Position numbers and translations under genes: made by a program
The notes under the pieces: generated by a model
The model's database searches: none
Seen by the model: the letters and a program-made list of their open reading frames with translations, nothing else
Told to the model about the DNA's origin: nothing
Assembly (NCBI GenBank): GCA_050011875.1
Contig: JBEKIG010000001.1
Location: 70,167 to 134,166, forward strand
From: Nitrososphaeria archaeon
GTDB taxonomy: Archaea > Thermoproteota > Nitrososphaeria > JACIWG01
DNA length: 64,000 nt
Reading direction: 5' to 3'
Shown here: one piece after another, positions 29,725 through 38,646 of the stretch
Numbering within the stretch: the stretch's first letter is position 1
Layout of the letters: each line of letters begins with the position of its first letter

Positions 29725-30357
29725 CTACCTTCCTGCCAGACTATCGATAAGCACCTTCGCTCTCTCTACGTTGAAAATTCCACATGTGCAACACTTCGCT
29801 ATAGTTCTCGCAGCTTCATCAGAAGAGATTCTGCCCAACTTCACATCGTTAGCTAGTTTTGTAACAAGATTTCTTGAAATCATTCCATGGCCACACATCG
29901 TCATTATATCGAGTACCTCAGATTGCTTGGGCAATAGCTCTGTTTTACCCCAGATTCCTAGCGATGTCATTACTGTATGTGGTCTCAATCCGACTTCTTG
30001 AACCGCACTTGAGACCTCATCGTATAATCCGCTAACTACTACGGACATTCCGAGATCGGCTTCTTTCAATGCTTTTACAACTTTTTTTACGGTTTCAATT
30101 TCTCTGTATACTCCGTGAAAGATGCTTGTGTCAGTTGCTTTTTTAACAATGCTTTCAAAGTTATAGTCTCTCGTCCATATGCTTCCTGTCTTCATGTCAC
30201 CCATGTTGATAGGATTAAATCCTGCCATTATCTTGAGTGCTTCAACAAGTTTTGGCGTAGCACCAGCATCATTAAATCCTCGACATGACATCACTAGCAC
30301 AACGTAATCTTTTTTTAGCGAGCTTGTATCTCCAGTTCTATGTAATGTATGAGTCAT
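29725..30357 (-). CDS. Hypothetical Cys-containing protein (210 aa), partner of ferredoxin-domain protein
   Basis: Alpha/beta-like N-terminal half (YVVLVMSCRGFNDAG). C-terminal CGHGMIS and CCTCGIF cysteine motifs. It starts 3 nt after the upstream ferredoxin-domain gene. Confidence 0.45.
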   Translation of the reverse strand: MTHTLHRTGDTSSLKKDYVVLVMSCRGFNDAGATPKLVEALKIMAGFNPINMGDMKTGSIWTRDYNFESIVKKATDTSIFHGVYREIETVKKVVKALKEADLGMSVVVSGLYDEVSSAVQEVGLRPHTVMTSLGIWGKTELLPKQSEVLDIMTMCGHGMISRNLVTKLANDVKLGRISSDEAARTIAKCCTCGIFNVERAKVLIDSLAGR

Positions 30358-30360
30358 ATT

Positions 30361-31104
30361 TTACAACCTCATTTTTTCGTGCACCCTTTCAGGGGCTTTA
30401 GGTCTACCTAAACCTAGATTGATTTTCATGTTCGGTTTATAGGGTATACCCATTCTATCAAGAATATTAAATATTGGTATTGTGCCATCTACTCGCACTC
30501 TACTCGCTAGACCTACTGAAATAACGGTGTTTATCTTCCCAGACACATCTTTTAAAGTATTCAGAGTATTCTCCAATTGATTAATTTTAAACTTGCACTC
30601 TATGATAGGTTGAAGTACACGAACTTCCCTTAATCTTTCATCCTTCAGCCTTCCTGTTGATTCATCGAAGAGGCCTGTAAGAGGGTTCTCTTTTTCAAAC
30701 ATGACTCCCAGCATGACCAAAGCCATAAAGACCTTCTCAACATCTTCGAATAATGTGGAGATTCCTGGTCTTCCAAAGTCCAGTGCGAGGGCCACTTCTC
30801 CATACCCAAGCCTACCTGTAACTTCATTAGTCTTTACTTCTTCGGTTCCTCTACCAGCCATCCTTGTAGTCGCCCAGTCCTTGGTCGGTACAGCAAAATT
30901 CCACATGAGATCTCTTGGAAATACAAGTTCTGCGGGGCGCATAGCGTCAACTGGGCATTGGAAGATTTTATAGCAAACCCAGCACTCTACACATTTTTTT
31001 TGGTCTATGTTTGCCTTCTTTTCCTTCATCATACTGATGGCACTTACAGGACACCAAGGAATACACATAGCACAACCTACACATTTATCAGCATTTATTT
31101 CCAA
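30361..31104 (-). CDS. 2x[4Fe-4S] ferredoxin-domain protein with C-terminal domain of unknown function
   Basis: CVGCAMCIPWCP and CVECWVCYKIFQCP motifs in the first 55 aa, followed by ~190 aa with no recognisable motif. It uses a TTG start immediately after the stop of a 65-aa upstream ORF. Confidence 0.6.
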   Translation of the reverse strand: MEINADKCVGCAMCIPWCPVSAISMMKEKKANIDQKKCVECWVCYKIFQCPVDAMRPAELVFPRDLMWNFAVPTKDWATTRMAGRGTEEVKTNEVTGRLGYGEVALALDFGRPGISTLFEDVEKVFMALVMLGVMFEKENPLTGLFDESTGRLKDERLREVRVLQPIIECKFKINQLENTLNTLKDVSGKINTVISVGLASRVRVDGTIPIFNILDRMGIPYKPNMKINLGLGRPKAPERVHEKMRL

Positions 31105-31302
31105 TTAAATAAACCTCAACGCAAGAGCGATAGTTACCCTTAATAAATATTTTAAAAACCATAAAAACGGAATTTGTTGACCAAGATTGCGTTTAAGGAT
31201 TTTGGACATCATTAACCGCCCCATCTTTAATAACGGATGCATAAGATAAGTCCAAGCAGTCCGTTGCGAAACCAACAAATTTTTCCCTAGGATATTTCTC
31301 AA
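31105..31302 (-). CDS. Possible small basic/hydrophobic protein (65 aa) in stop-start arrangement with ferredoxin-domain gene
   Basis: Its stop codon abuts the TTG start of the downstream gene. No motif support, so it may be spurious. Confidence 0.25.
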   Translation of the reverse strand: MRNILGKNLLVSQRTAWTYLMHPLLKMGRLMMSKILKRNLGQQIPFLWFLKYLLRVTIALALRFI

Positions 31303-31510
31303 ATAAGGCTTGAAAGTGCTTTCTTAGTCCTCGTTCCGCATCATCCTCCTTCGTTAAATTTACCTTTATTTCGAAAATATTGAATCCGCACTACCTCTTA
31401 CGCCCAGAACTTTACTACCTAATTTATTCTCTAAATGCCATAATTAATTTACATTATTCAATACTATATCCTAAAAAATATAATAGGATTTTTAGAGTAA
31501 ACTTTATAGA

Positions 31511-31531
31511 CTATATAAACTCTTTTATATA
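31511..31531 (+). promoter_or_regulatory. Candidate TATA box(es) for TBP gene (ctatataaa / ttttatata)
   Basis: AT-rich TATA-like octamers 30..49 nt upstream of the TBP ATG in a 455-bp divergent intergenic region. Confidence 0.35.
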
Positions 31532-31560
31532 CCTAATTTATACATATTTAACGAGAAGTA

Positions 31561-32121
31561 ATGTCTAAGGGAAAACGAATTGTCAGCATCGAAAATGTTG
31601 TTGCTTCAGCTTCCGTTAATCAAAACATAAATCTAATAGAAATCACAAGAAGGTTTACAAATGTTGAATACAGACCGGACCAGTTCCCAGGATTAGTCTT
31701 CAGACTTAAAACACCTAAAACAGCTACGTTAATTTTTAGTTCCGGAAAGATGGTTTGCACAGGTGGAAAGTCTGAGGAGCAAGCTTTCAAAGCTGTTCAC
31801 ATGGTCGCTAAAATGCTCAAGGAGGGGGGAATAGAAATTACAAATGAGCCTGTAATAGAGATACAGAATATTGTGGCATCTGCCAGTTTAGGTGGGAGAG
31901 TAGATTTAGAAGAGGCAGCAAGGAAGCTTCCTAGATCTATGTATGAGCCTGAACAATTCCCTGGTCTAATCCACAGAATGCTTAAACCTAAGACGGTTAT
32001 ACTACTTTTTGCAAGCGGAAAGCTCGTTTGCACTGGAGCGAAGAAGGAGCAAGAGGTTTATGAAGCCGTCTCTAACCTGCACCAGACCCTTGAGGAGCTT
32101 GCCTTAATGGTTTATCAATAG
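31561..32121 (+). CDS. tbp: TATA-box binding protein
   Basis: Two direct repeats: IENVVASASVNQNINL...QFPGLVFRL and IQNIVASASLGGRVDL...QFPGLIHRM. Length is 186 aa. Confidence 0.9.
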   Translation: MSKGKRIVSIENVVASASVNQNINLIEITRRFTNVEYRPDQFPGLVFRLKTPKTATLIFSSGKMVCTGGKSEEQAFKAVHMVAKMLKEGGIEITNEPVIEIQNIVASASLGGRVDLEEAARKLPRSMYEPEQFPGLIHRMLKPKTVILLFASGKLVCTGAKKEQEVYEAVSNLHQTLEELALMVYQ

Positions 32122-32221
32122 TGAAATTCCAAATAGTTATCCCTTTTTCTTTACAAATCGTTAAATAAGATATGAGATGACCCATAATAAATTTTAAGAA
32201 TTGCTCGTTTTACCGCATAAG

Positions 32222-32851
32222 CTATTTTGGACCTATCTGTTTTAGAACCGCAGTATACTCCTCTTCATTTATGATGTCGTTGGCATATAGCTCTTTTGTG
32301 AGTTCCGTTACTTTGGCGACATAGTGAATATTGACACCTAATTTCTTAAGATTCTCGATTCCACCTTCCTCTCTGTCTACTAGAACAATTGAATCTTCTA
32401 TTTCACATCCTTCAGCAGAGATCTTTTCCTTTGAATTAATAAGAGAAGAACCGGTCGTTATTAGGTCGTCTACAAGGAGCACTCGATCACCTGGTTTTAT
32501 CAGACCTTCAATGTTTCTTTGTGTGCCGTGTTGCCTATCTTCTTTCCTTATATATATAAGAGGCTTCTCCAAAGATAAGGCTATTACAGAAGCAAAGACA
32601 AGACCCGAAGTTGGTATACCGCATATGATATCAAACTTTGATAAACCTATTTCTTTAACTATGCTCTTGCAATACATATCTATGATCTTTTTGAAGATTG
32701 GAGGATAACTTGGTACCAGTCTGAGATCGATGTAATAGCTGCTCATCTTTCCACTAGTTAACGTGAAAACACCAAATTTTAGAGCCTGAGTCTTGACAAG
32801 AGATTTAGCAAGTTCCCTAACAAATGAAGACTTTTCTATTTCCCAGCTCAT
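32222..32851 (-). CDS. pyrE: Phosphoribosyltransferase (orotate PRTase PyrE-like)
   Basis: PRPP-binding motif VLLVDDLITTGSS and an OPRTase-like N-terminus (FGVFTLTSGKMSSYYIDLR). Confidence 0.65.
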   Translation of the reverse strand: MSWEIEKSSFVRELAKSLVKTQALKFGVFTLTSGKMSSYYIDLRLVPSYPPIFKKIIDMYCKSIVKEIGLSKFDIICGIPTSGLVFASVIALSLEKPLIYIRKEDRQHGTQRNIEGLIKPGDRVLLVDDLITTGSSLINSKEKISAEGCEIEDSIVLVDREEGGIENLKKLGVNIHYVAKVTELTKELYANDIINEEEYTAVLKQIGPK

Positions 32852-33498
32852 ACTTCCACCACCGTTTCTATATCCTTAGGTATTATTTGAACCCTGACCC
32901 TAGGATCTTTTGCTTCCACAAGAGATTTAAAATCATTAAATCTCGTACCATGGATGGGTATTGCGATCTTTGGCTGGATGATATGAACCATTTCACTAGC
33001 ACTTTTTGGAGAAGCACCGGGAGCGATTCCTATAGGAACAAAGATTAGGTCAACATTTAGCTTTGCTATCTGCGAATGTTCTCCGGCGACGAGAGAATCA
33101 CTAGCGTAAAAAATCCTTGTACCATCATAGTATTCAATCAGGTAAGTAACAGGATTGACAGCTGGGTGCACGCTCTTATATGCGGTCACAATAATTTTGG
33201 AGTCTTTGAATACATCCCAAGGCTTCATGGTCCTTAACCTTTCCCTTGGGATATATTTTTTTAGTCTACTACCTGATTCGATGTCTGCTAAAACCATCGG
33301 GGAGTACGTTGAGAGATCGTTGACAAGTCTAATATCGAGGTGATCTGCGTGCTCATGAGAAATCAGTATATAACCTACTTCACCAATTGTTGATGAAGGT
33401 ACAAGGTAGGGGTCTATAACCAAATTGACGTTGTTATAGGTTATTTTCAATCCAGAGTATTCATTAAACCAAAGCACTTTAATGATCTTTTTGACCAT
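32848..33498 (-). CDS. Metallo-beta-lactamase-fold hydrolase
   Basis: ILISHEHADH motif (HxHxDH). Length is 216 aa. It overlaps the PRTase gene by 4 nt. Confidence 0.7.
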   Translation of the reverse strand: MVKKIIKVLWFNEYSGLKITYNNVNLVIDPYLVPSSTIGEVGYILISHEHADHLDIRLVNDLSTYSPMVLADIESGSRLKKYIPRERLRTMKPWDVFKDSKIIVTAYKSVHPAVNPVTYLIEYYDGTRIFYASDSLVAGEHSQIAKLNVDLIFVPIGIAPGASPKSASEMVHIIQPKIAIPIHGTRFNDFKSLVEAKDPRVRVQIIPKDIETVVEV

Positions 33499-33549
33499 AC
33501 GACACTGGATACACTAAACCTAAGATAAAGACTTTTAAAAAAAGGAATT

Positions 33550-34749
33550 TTGAGAAAGAACAAGAATATATTTACAAGCTCATCATGGTTGATGGAGAAG
33601 AGGATGCCTGAAGTTTGGTTAAAATATGGTAAAGTCGAAGTGGCACTGGAGATTCAAAGGGAGAGGCTTGGGCAAATTATAGAAGATCCACTTCCTGATA
33701 TAGAAATAGAACAAATAGAAAAAGAACTTCAACCCTTAAAGGAGAATAAGGAAATCAACTTGCTCGTTGGAGACTTTGAAACGACAACAATAAAGTTTCT
33801 GCAATATCTCGCAAACTATCTTGTAGCAGCCAAGGTTAACATTTATTCAAGTGATCAAATTCTAAAGCAGCTTAAGAAAAGCCTTAGGGATTTATTTTAC
33901 TCATTCCTGAAAATCGAAGAAGAAAGGTTTCCTGTAGGCATCGTTGATGGCGTCCCATTAAAGCTTCCAGCCATCCTCTCAAAGACCGACCTCTATTTGA
34001 TTTCTTCAGTTGGATATAACCCTCTATTTGGGTTTTCAGGTGGCCCAACCTGTCTGCTGGCATTTTGTGGAGACGATTTAAAATATGAAGCGATAAAAAG
34101 AGAAACTGAGCTACAGCCTAATTCGGGTAAAGAAACATCGGCTGGATGGTTTGCTAATCGAGTTTCTGAAGAAGTGAGCGGATTAAAGGGTGTTGAGATT
34201 CTTCCCGGAAGCAGCGGGTTTAGTAAAATTTTCTTAGGAAACGTCCAAGAAGTACACAAGATAGCTAGCCAAGAACTCTTAAAGTACTCAATGAAAAAGG
34301 TCAGTTCTAAGGTTTCACTCGCCATTGTAGCACCTGGTGAAGAAGAAAAATATCGAACTCTAGATCTTTCACTTAATTCGTTATGGAACGTTCTTCAAGC
34401 GATGGAAGAAGGATCCACCGTTATTTTATTGTCAGAAGCGATTGAAAGTCTCGGATCGGAAGCACTTTCAAGATATGTTTACACAGGATTAGACATAAAA
34501 GATTTGTTAAAGAGAGGACCATATTTGGAAGGACTTGAAAATCTTTATTATTTATCAGATATTAAAACCAAGTACGACCTAGGATTTCTGACAACCCTTC
34601 CTAAAGCACTGATTGAAAAAAGACTTGGTTTCAAAAGCTTTCTTACCGGCAACTCCACGGTAGACTATCTTATAGAAAAAAGTGGGGATAAAAAGAAGAA
34701 GATCACGATAGTTACAAGAGGGGATAAAAGTCTTCTAACAGCGGTTTAG
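33550..34749 (+). CDS. Hypothetical protein (399 aa), possibly distant LarA/DUF2088-like
   Basis: The N-terminal pattern loosely resembles the lactate-racemase N-terminal domain, but the catalytic His of the DHTRP motif is absent (GDFETT). Low-confidence family guess. Confidence 0.35.
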   Translation: MRKNKNIFTSSSWLMEKRMPEVWLKYGKVEVALEIQRERLGQIIEDPLPDIEIEQIEKELQPLKENKEINLLVGDFETTTIKFLQYLANYLVAAKVNIYSSDQILKQLKKSLRDLFYSFLKIEEERFPVGIVDGVPLKLPAILSKTDLYLISSVGYNPLFGFSGGPTCLLAFCGDDLKYEAIKRETELQPNSGKETSAGWFANRVSEEVSGLKGVEILPGSSGFSKIFLGNVQEVHKIASQELLKYSMKKVSSKVSLAIVAPGEEEKYRTLDLSLNSLWNVLQAMEEGSTVILLSEAIESLGSEALSRYVYTGLDIKDLLKRGPYLEGLENLYYLSDIKTKYDLGFLTTLPKALIEKRLGFKSFLTGNSTVDYLIEKSGDKKKKITIVTRGDKSLLTAV

Positions 34750-34991
34750 ATCGGTATCGGCGCGCAAAGAATAACAATGGCTATCATAAGGACGAAAACA
34801 ATCTTTCTTGATCTTGATAACGGTGAAATTTCATCTAAAGGTCTTATACTGCTTTGACGAGAAGATAAGAATAGAACCAGAAATGCCATAAGTAAAAACC
34901 CAAAGATCGCCATTATAATTGCTGATATAAAAGTGGCGATCGTTTGTTGCCTTCCTGAGAGAACACTGCAGGCCATGTGACTGCCATCAAG

Positions 34992-35843
34992 TTACCAAGC
35001 GGGTAGCGTATTCAGAAATGTTATAAGAAAACCGAACCATGCAGCATAAGCTATAGGGGATATGACTACAACTTCTTGTGAAATAGAGACTTTACCTAGC
35101 ATGGTCATCATCAAATTCATCAACAGTGGAATATTAGTAAGTGTGGCTTGATTGGAACCGGATAAACTATTAAACGTACTTAGAGGAATAGTAACAGAAG
35201 ACAACACACCAAAAACACCAACCACTATAGTAGTAATGAAACCGGTAAGAGGACCGAAAAGACCGACATCAAATTGAATGTCCCGATTAGGCATCGGATC
35301 CGTGGCAAATATGACTGCACCGAAAGTTGGAATCCCCGTACCTGGTATACCTGGGATGAAATAAGGAAGTGTAGATGCCATTCGATGCCGCCTTGCCATT
35401 AGAAGGTGACCTAGCTCGTGGAGACCAAGGATTCCGACGAATGCAAGTACATAGGATAGTGTTACAACGATAGGGTTCGATTCTGGAAAGATCTTCAGAT
35501 CTATCGGCGAAGAAGCTCTTAACCAACCGTCAACCAATAAGGATACTATTGTAGCAGCAAAAAGAGCTAAAGGTATCTTGACGCTGTACTTTTTTTTCTT
35601 CACGTAAGATGCAACGTACAACGTGAGGAAGTCGCCTTCTTTTCTTAGTATTGGAACGTACATTTTCTCGTATAAGAAACTGCATAGTCCAAGAAACTTA
35701 TCCTTTGTATCTTTCTCCAATAAAAGTTTATATTCAATAGCACCATCGGAACGAACATATGATTCGAGAACAGTGAAGTTTTTTTTGACTTCATTTGTTA
35801 TCTCTTCGAAAGCCGCCACGTTCGACGGCCCAATATTCTCCAT
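34992..35843 (-). CDS. M50 family (site-2 protease-like) intramembrane metalloprotease
   Basis: HELGHLLMARRH (HExxH) lies within a TM region of a polytopic membrane protein of 283 aa. Confidence 0.65.
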   Translation of the reverse strand: MENIGPSNVAAFEEITNEVKKNFTVLESYVRSDGAIEYKLLLEKDTKDKFLGLCSFLYEKMYVPILRKEGDFLTLYVASYVKKKKYSVKIPLALFAATIVSLLVDGWLRASSPIDLKIFPESNPIVVTLSYVLAFVGILGLHELGHLLMARRHRMASTLPYFIPGIPGTGIPTFGAVIFATDPMPNRDIQFDVGLFGPLTGFITTIVVGVFGVLSSVTIPLSTFNSLSGSNQATLTNIPLLMNLMMTMLGKVSISQEVVVISPIAYAAWFGFLITFLNTLPAW

Positions 35844-35903
35844 CTGAGGGGCATAAAGTATCGAACTTTAAAACTTATTTATAATATTGTTTATGGTGTA
35901 TAT

Positions 35904-36401
35904 GTGCAAATATCCATCCCCCAAGAATACAGTATGAGGAAGGCCAGAGAAGAGGATATCGACGGCGTCATTAACATTAACAGCGAAGCACTCCCAGAAC
36001 ATTACACACTTTCATTTTATAGTTCTATCTTGACAACTAATCCAGACACCTTCTTGGTTGTAGATTACAACGGTAAAATAGTAGCATATCACATGGGTAG
36101 AATTGAATACGCTTTTTCATTAAAAGGAAAGAAATTGTTCATAAAAAAAGGGCATGTCATTTCTATCGCTGTACTCGAAGAGCACAGAAAAAAGGGCTTA
36201 GCGAGCGCCTTAATGCAGATGGCACTAGACCAGTTTAGGAAAAACGGCTGTGAAATATCATTTCTGGAAGTAAGAGCGTCAAACGAAAACGCAATAAACA
36301 TCTATAAAAAAAATGACTATAACATAGCAGAACGAATTAAGGGATACTATAACGACGGAGAAGATGCCTACGTCATGGAAAAAAAGCTTCTAAAACAATA
36401 A
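35904..36401 (+). CDS. GNAT N-acetyltransferase (RimI-like)
   Basis: Acetyl-CoA binding motif HRKKGLASALM...; about 150 aa from the likely start MRKAREEDIDGVININ. Confidence 0.75.
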   Translation: MQISIPQEYSMRKAREEDIDGVININSEALPEHYTLSFYSSILTTNPDTFLVVDYNGKIVAYHMGRIEYAFSLKGKKLFIKKGHVISIAVLEEHRKKGLASALMQMALDQFRKNGCEISFLEVRASNENAINIYKKNDYNIAERIKGYYNDGEDAYVMEKKLLKQ

Positions 36402-36508
36402 TTAAAAAAGATTATAACATTTATTGATGATCTAACTTTGGATTAATAATAATAATTAAAATCAAGTTAAGTGTTAAAGAAAAAGTCGATTATAAACAAT
36501 TTTTATAT

Positions 36509-36826
36509 TTGCCTTGTTTTACTTATAGCATGGAAGATGCTTTAAAGAACAGGATAGAAAAAGCGCTTGAACAGGTCTATGACCCAGAAATCGGTGTTCC
36601 TATCACAGAGATGAAACTTGTCGATAAAATCGTTATAGAAGGGGAAAATGTAACCATAGAATATCACCTTTCAATGCCCTATTGTCCACCTATGTTTGCA
36701 ATAAAAATAGGTCAAGATATAAAGAAGACAATTTCAAAATTAGAAGGTGTGAAGTCTGTAAAAGCAATTTTGAAGAACCACTACCTTGCTAATCAAATAA
36801 CAGAGATGTTGAATAAAGAAGAGTAA
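36509..36826 (+). CDS. DUF59/MIP18-family Fe-S assembly protein (SufT-like)
   Basis: Conserved VYDPEIGVPITEMKLV...MPYCPP motif of the DUF59 family. The true start is likely MEDALKN. Confidence 0.6.
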   Translation: MPCFTYSMEDALKNRIEKALEQVYDPEIGVPITEMKLVDKIVIEGENVTIEYHLSMPYCPPMFAIKIGQDIKKTISKLEGVKSVKAILKNHYLANQITEMLNKEE

Positions 36827-36963
36827 TTTTCCATTATTATTTTCAGTTATAGCACTAAATTCATCCGATAGAACATTATATAAGATTAATAATTTTAACG
36901 TTGATCATTACGCATTCAAAAATAGACAAGTTAATGAAATAGAAAATGTTTATAATAATAAAA

Positions 36964-37245
36964 TCAGATCGTTAGACCAAAGTTCTTTGCAAATTCAGAA
37001 AAGTCTTTGTATACATCAAGATATTCTAGACCAGCCGGTGTAATCTTAAACTTTGTAAACTTCTCCATTTTGATCTCCTCAATCAGACCGACACCGACGA
37101 GTTCGGCGATGATCTTGGTTGCGCGAATATATGAGAGGTTGGCTTTCCTCATTAACTGAGCTATACCAATACCGTCTTGATGCCCATCTTTAACTGCAAA
37201 AAGGACATCAGAAACGATATGCACTTGGTTGCGATAGCTCATCAT
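36964..37245 (-). CDS. Small winged-helix DNA-binding protein
   Basis: 93-aa wHTH-like protein (GIAQLMRKANLSYIRATKIIAELVGVGLI). It abuts the upstream membrane protein gene. Confidence 0.5.
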   Translation of the reverse strand: MMSYRNQVHIVSDVLFAVKDGHQDGIGIAQLMRKANLSYIRATKIIAELVGVGLIEEIKMEKFTKFKITPAGLEYLDVYKDFSEFAKNFGLTI

Positions 37246-37854
37246 CTACGATTTAGCACCTCTATAATATATCCATATCGGAAGAGAAAATGCGATAATA
37301 CCTATTATTTGGAAAATTAAAGAGAAAATCTGATAAAACATAGGGTTGGAAACAAATTCAGCAATCCAACTTAAAACTGATTGAACCCCAAAGCTCATCA
37401 GACCTAATGCAGTTGTTAAAACAATCTTAGACCTATTCATGTGATATGAAATCATAGTTTCTAGGGTAGCGTAGGATATAAAGAAAATGGAAAGAGCTTC
37501 AAATGCAGCAGCGGGATTGAATATAAATAAAGATAAACCCGCAAACTTTTTTTCTTGTGAGGCTTTAACCATATGAGAAAATGCTAAAAAGAAAAAGCCC
37601 ATCATTTCGAAGAAAGAGGCACCTATTTGAAGGTAGCCATAAAAAACAGTAAACCCGAAGATTACAAGAACATCCGCAAAAAATAGTAGGATGAAGTTGA
37701 CGGAGAGGCTTATAAAAGCAAGGGAAAGCCTCGCGAAAACTGGTCTCTTGGTTTCAGAATAACCTTTGTAGGAAACAAACAGCACTGATATAGCCATCAC
37801 TAAAGCAATTACTTCCAGGACTATCTTTAACTCATCAAACATCAATACGGCCAA
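37246..37854 (-). CDS. Hypothetical integral membrane protein (about 6 TM)
   Basis: Hydrophobic helices. It forms a two-gene unit with the wHTH gene. Confidence 0.45.
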   Translation of the reverse strand: MAVLMFDELKIVLEVIALVMAISVLFVSYKGYSETKRPVFARLSLAFISLSVNFILLFFADVLVIFGFTVFYGYLQIGASFFEMMGFFFLAFSHMVKASQEKKFAGLSLFIFNPAAAFEALSIFFISYATLETMISYHMNRSKIVLTTALGLMSFGVQSVLSWIAEFVSNPMFYQIFSLIFQIIGIIAFSLPIWIYYRGAKS

Positions 37855-38091
37855 TCAACCTTTCCTATGACGAATTGTAGTTATTAACTTAATTAATAAA
37901 GTGTGAATAAAAGTTAAGCCACAATACAAAAGTTTTTATTCAAAGAATGTGTTTTAAAGAGTATTATCTTTGAGTTGGAGAATAAGTTGAAAACTATGAA
38001 AATTGGTTTTTACACTTATCTTTTATAATAGTAGGGTATTATTTCAAAAATTTAAATACGCCTTATAAGATATTCTGCCCAGAGGCAAATT

Positions 38092-38400
38092 TTGGTGGAG
38101 ATTTGTTCCGTTTGTGGGTTACCTAAGGACCTTTGTGTCTGCGAACAAATAAGCAAAGAAAGTGCTAAGATTACTGTACGTTTGGAGGTTAGAAGGTTTG
38201 GTAAACAGACGACTGTTATTGAAGGCATAGATCCAAAGTATAACGATCTGCAGAAAGTCGCCCAGCAGCTCAAGACAGCTTTAGCTTGTGGTGGTACAGC
38301 TAAGAACGGCACAATCCTTTTGCAGGGCGATCACAGGGATGTTATCAAAGGAAGGCTCGTGCAGCTAGGATTTAACGATAATGCTGTAGAAGTTCAATAG
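38092..38400 (+). CDS. Translation initiation factor aSUI1 / eIF1
   Basis: N-terminal zinc-knuckle CSVCGLPKDLCVC followed by the SUI1 fold (RRFGKQTTVIEGI...LACGGT). Length is 102 aa. Confidence 0.85.
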   Translation: MVEICSVCGLPKDLCVCEQISKESAKITVRLEVRRFGKQTTVIEGIDPKYNDLQKVAQQLKTALACGGTAKNGTILLQGDHRDVIKGRLVQLGFNDNAVEVQ

Positions 38401-38407
38401 GGGAAAA

Positions 38408-38590
38408 ATGTTGAGTGAAGAACCAAAGATACGTAGAGTATCCGTCAGCAAAAGAAGAATCAAATATTGTCCAACGTGTTTGAGTAAGCTAAAACCGGTG
38501 CTTGGTCTACACGGTTGGTTATTACCGCAGGAGTACGAATGCCCAGTTTGTGGCTACAGGGGGCCCATAGGTTTAGAAAAAGAAGAATAG
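38408..38590 (+). CDS. Small zinc-ribbon protein
   Basis: CPTC...CPVC four-Cys ribbon. 60 aa, lying 8 nt after aSUI1. Confidence 0.45.
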   Translation: MLSEEPKIRRVSVSKRRIKYCPTCLSKLKPVLGLHGWLLPQEYECPVCGYRGPIGLEKEE

Positions 38591-38646
38591 GACAATCCGT
38601 TCAGAGCTCTGTAAAGGAACCTGCTTAGGAGATTGTCTAATAAATT

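Noticed and set aside
33550-34749. Calling the 399-aa protein a lactate racemase LarA
   Set aside because: Only the N-terminal pattern is loosely similar. The catalytic His-containing DHTRP motif is replaced by GDFETT, and no larB/C/E genes are nearby.
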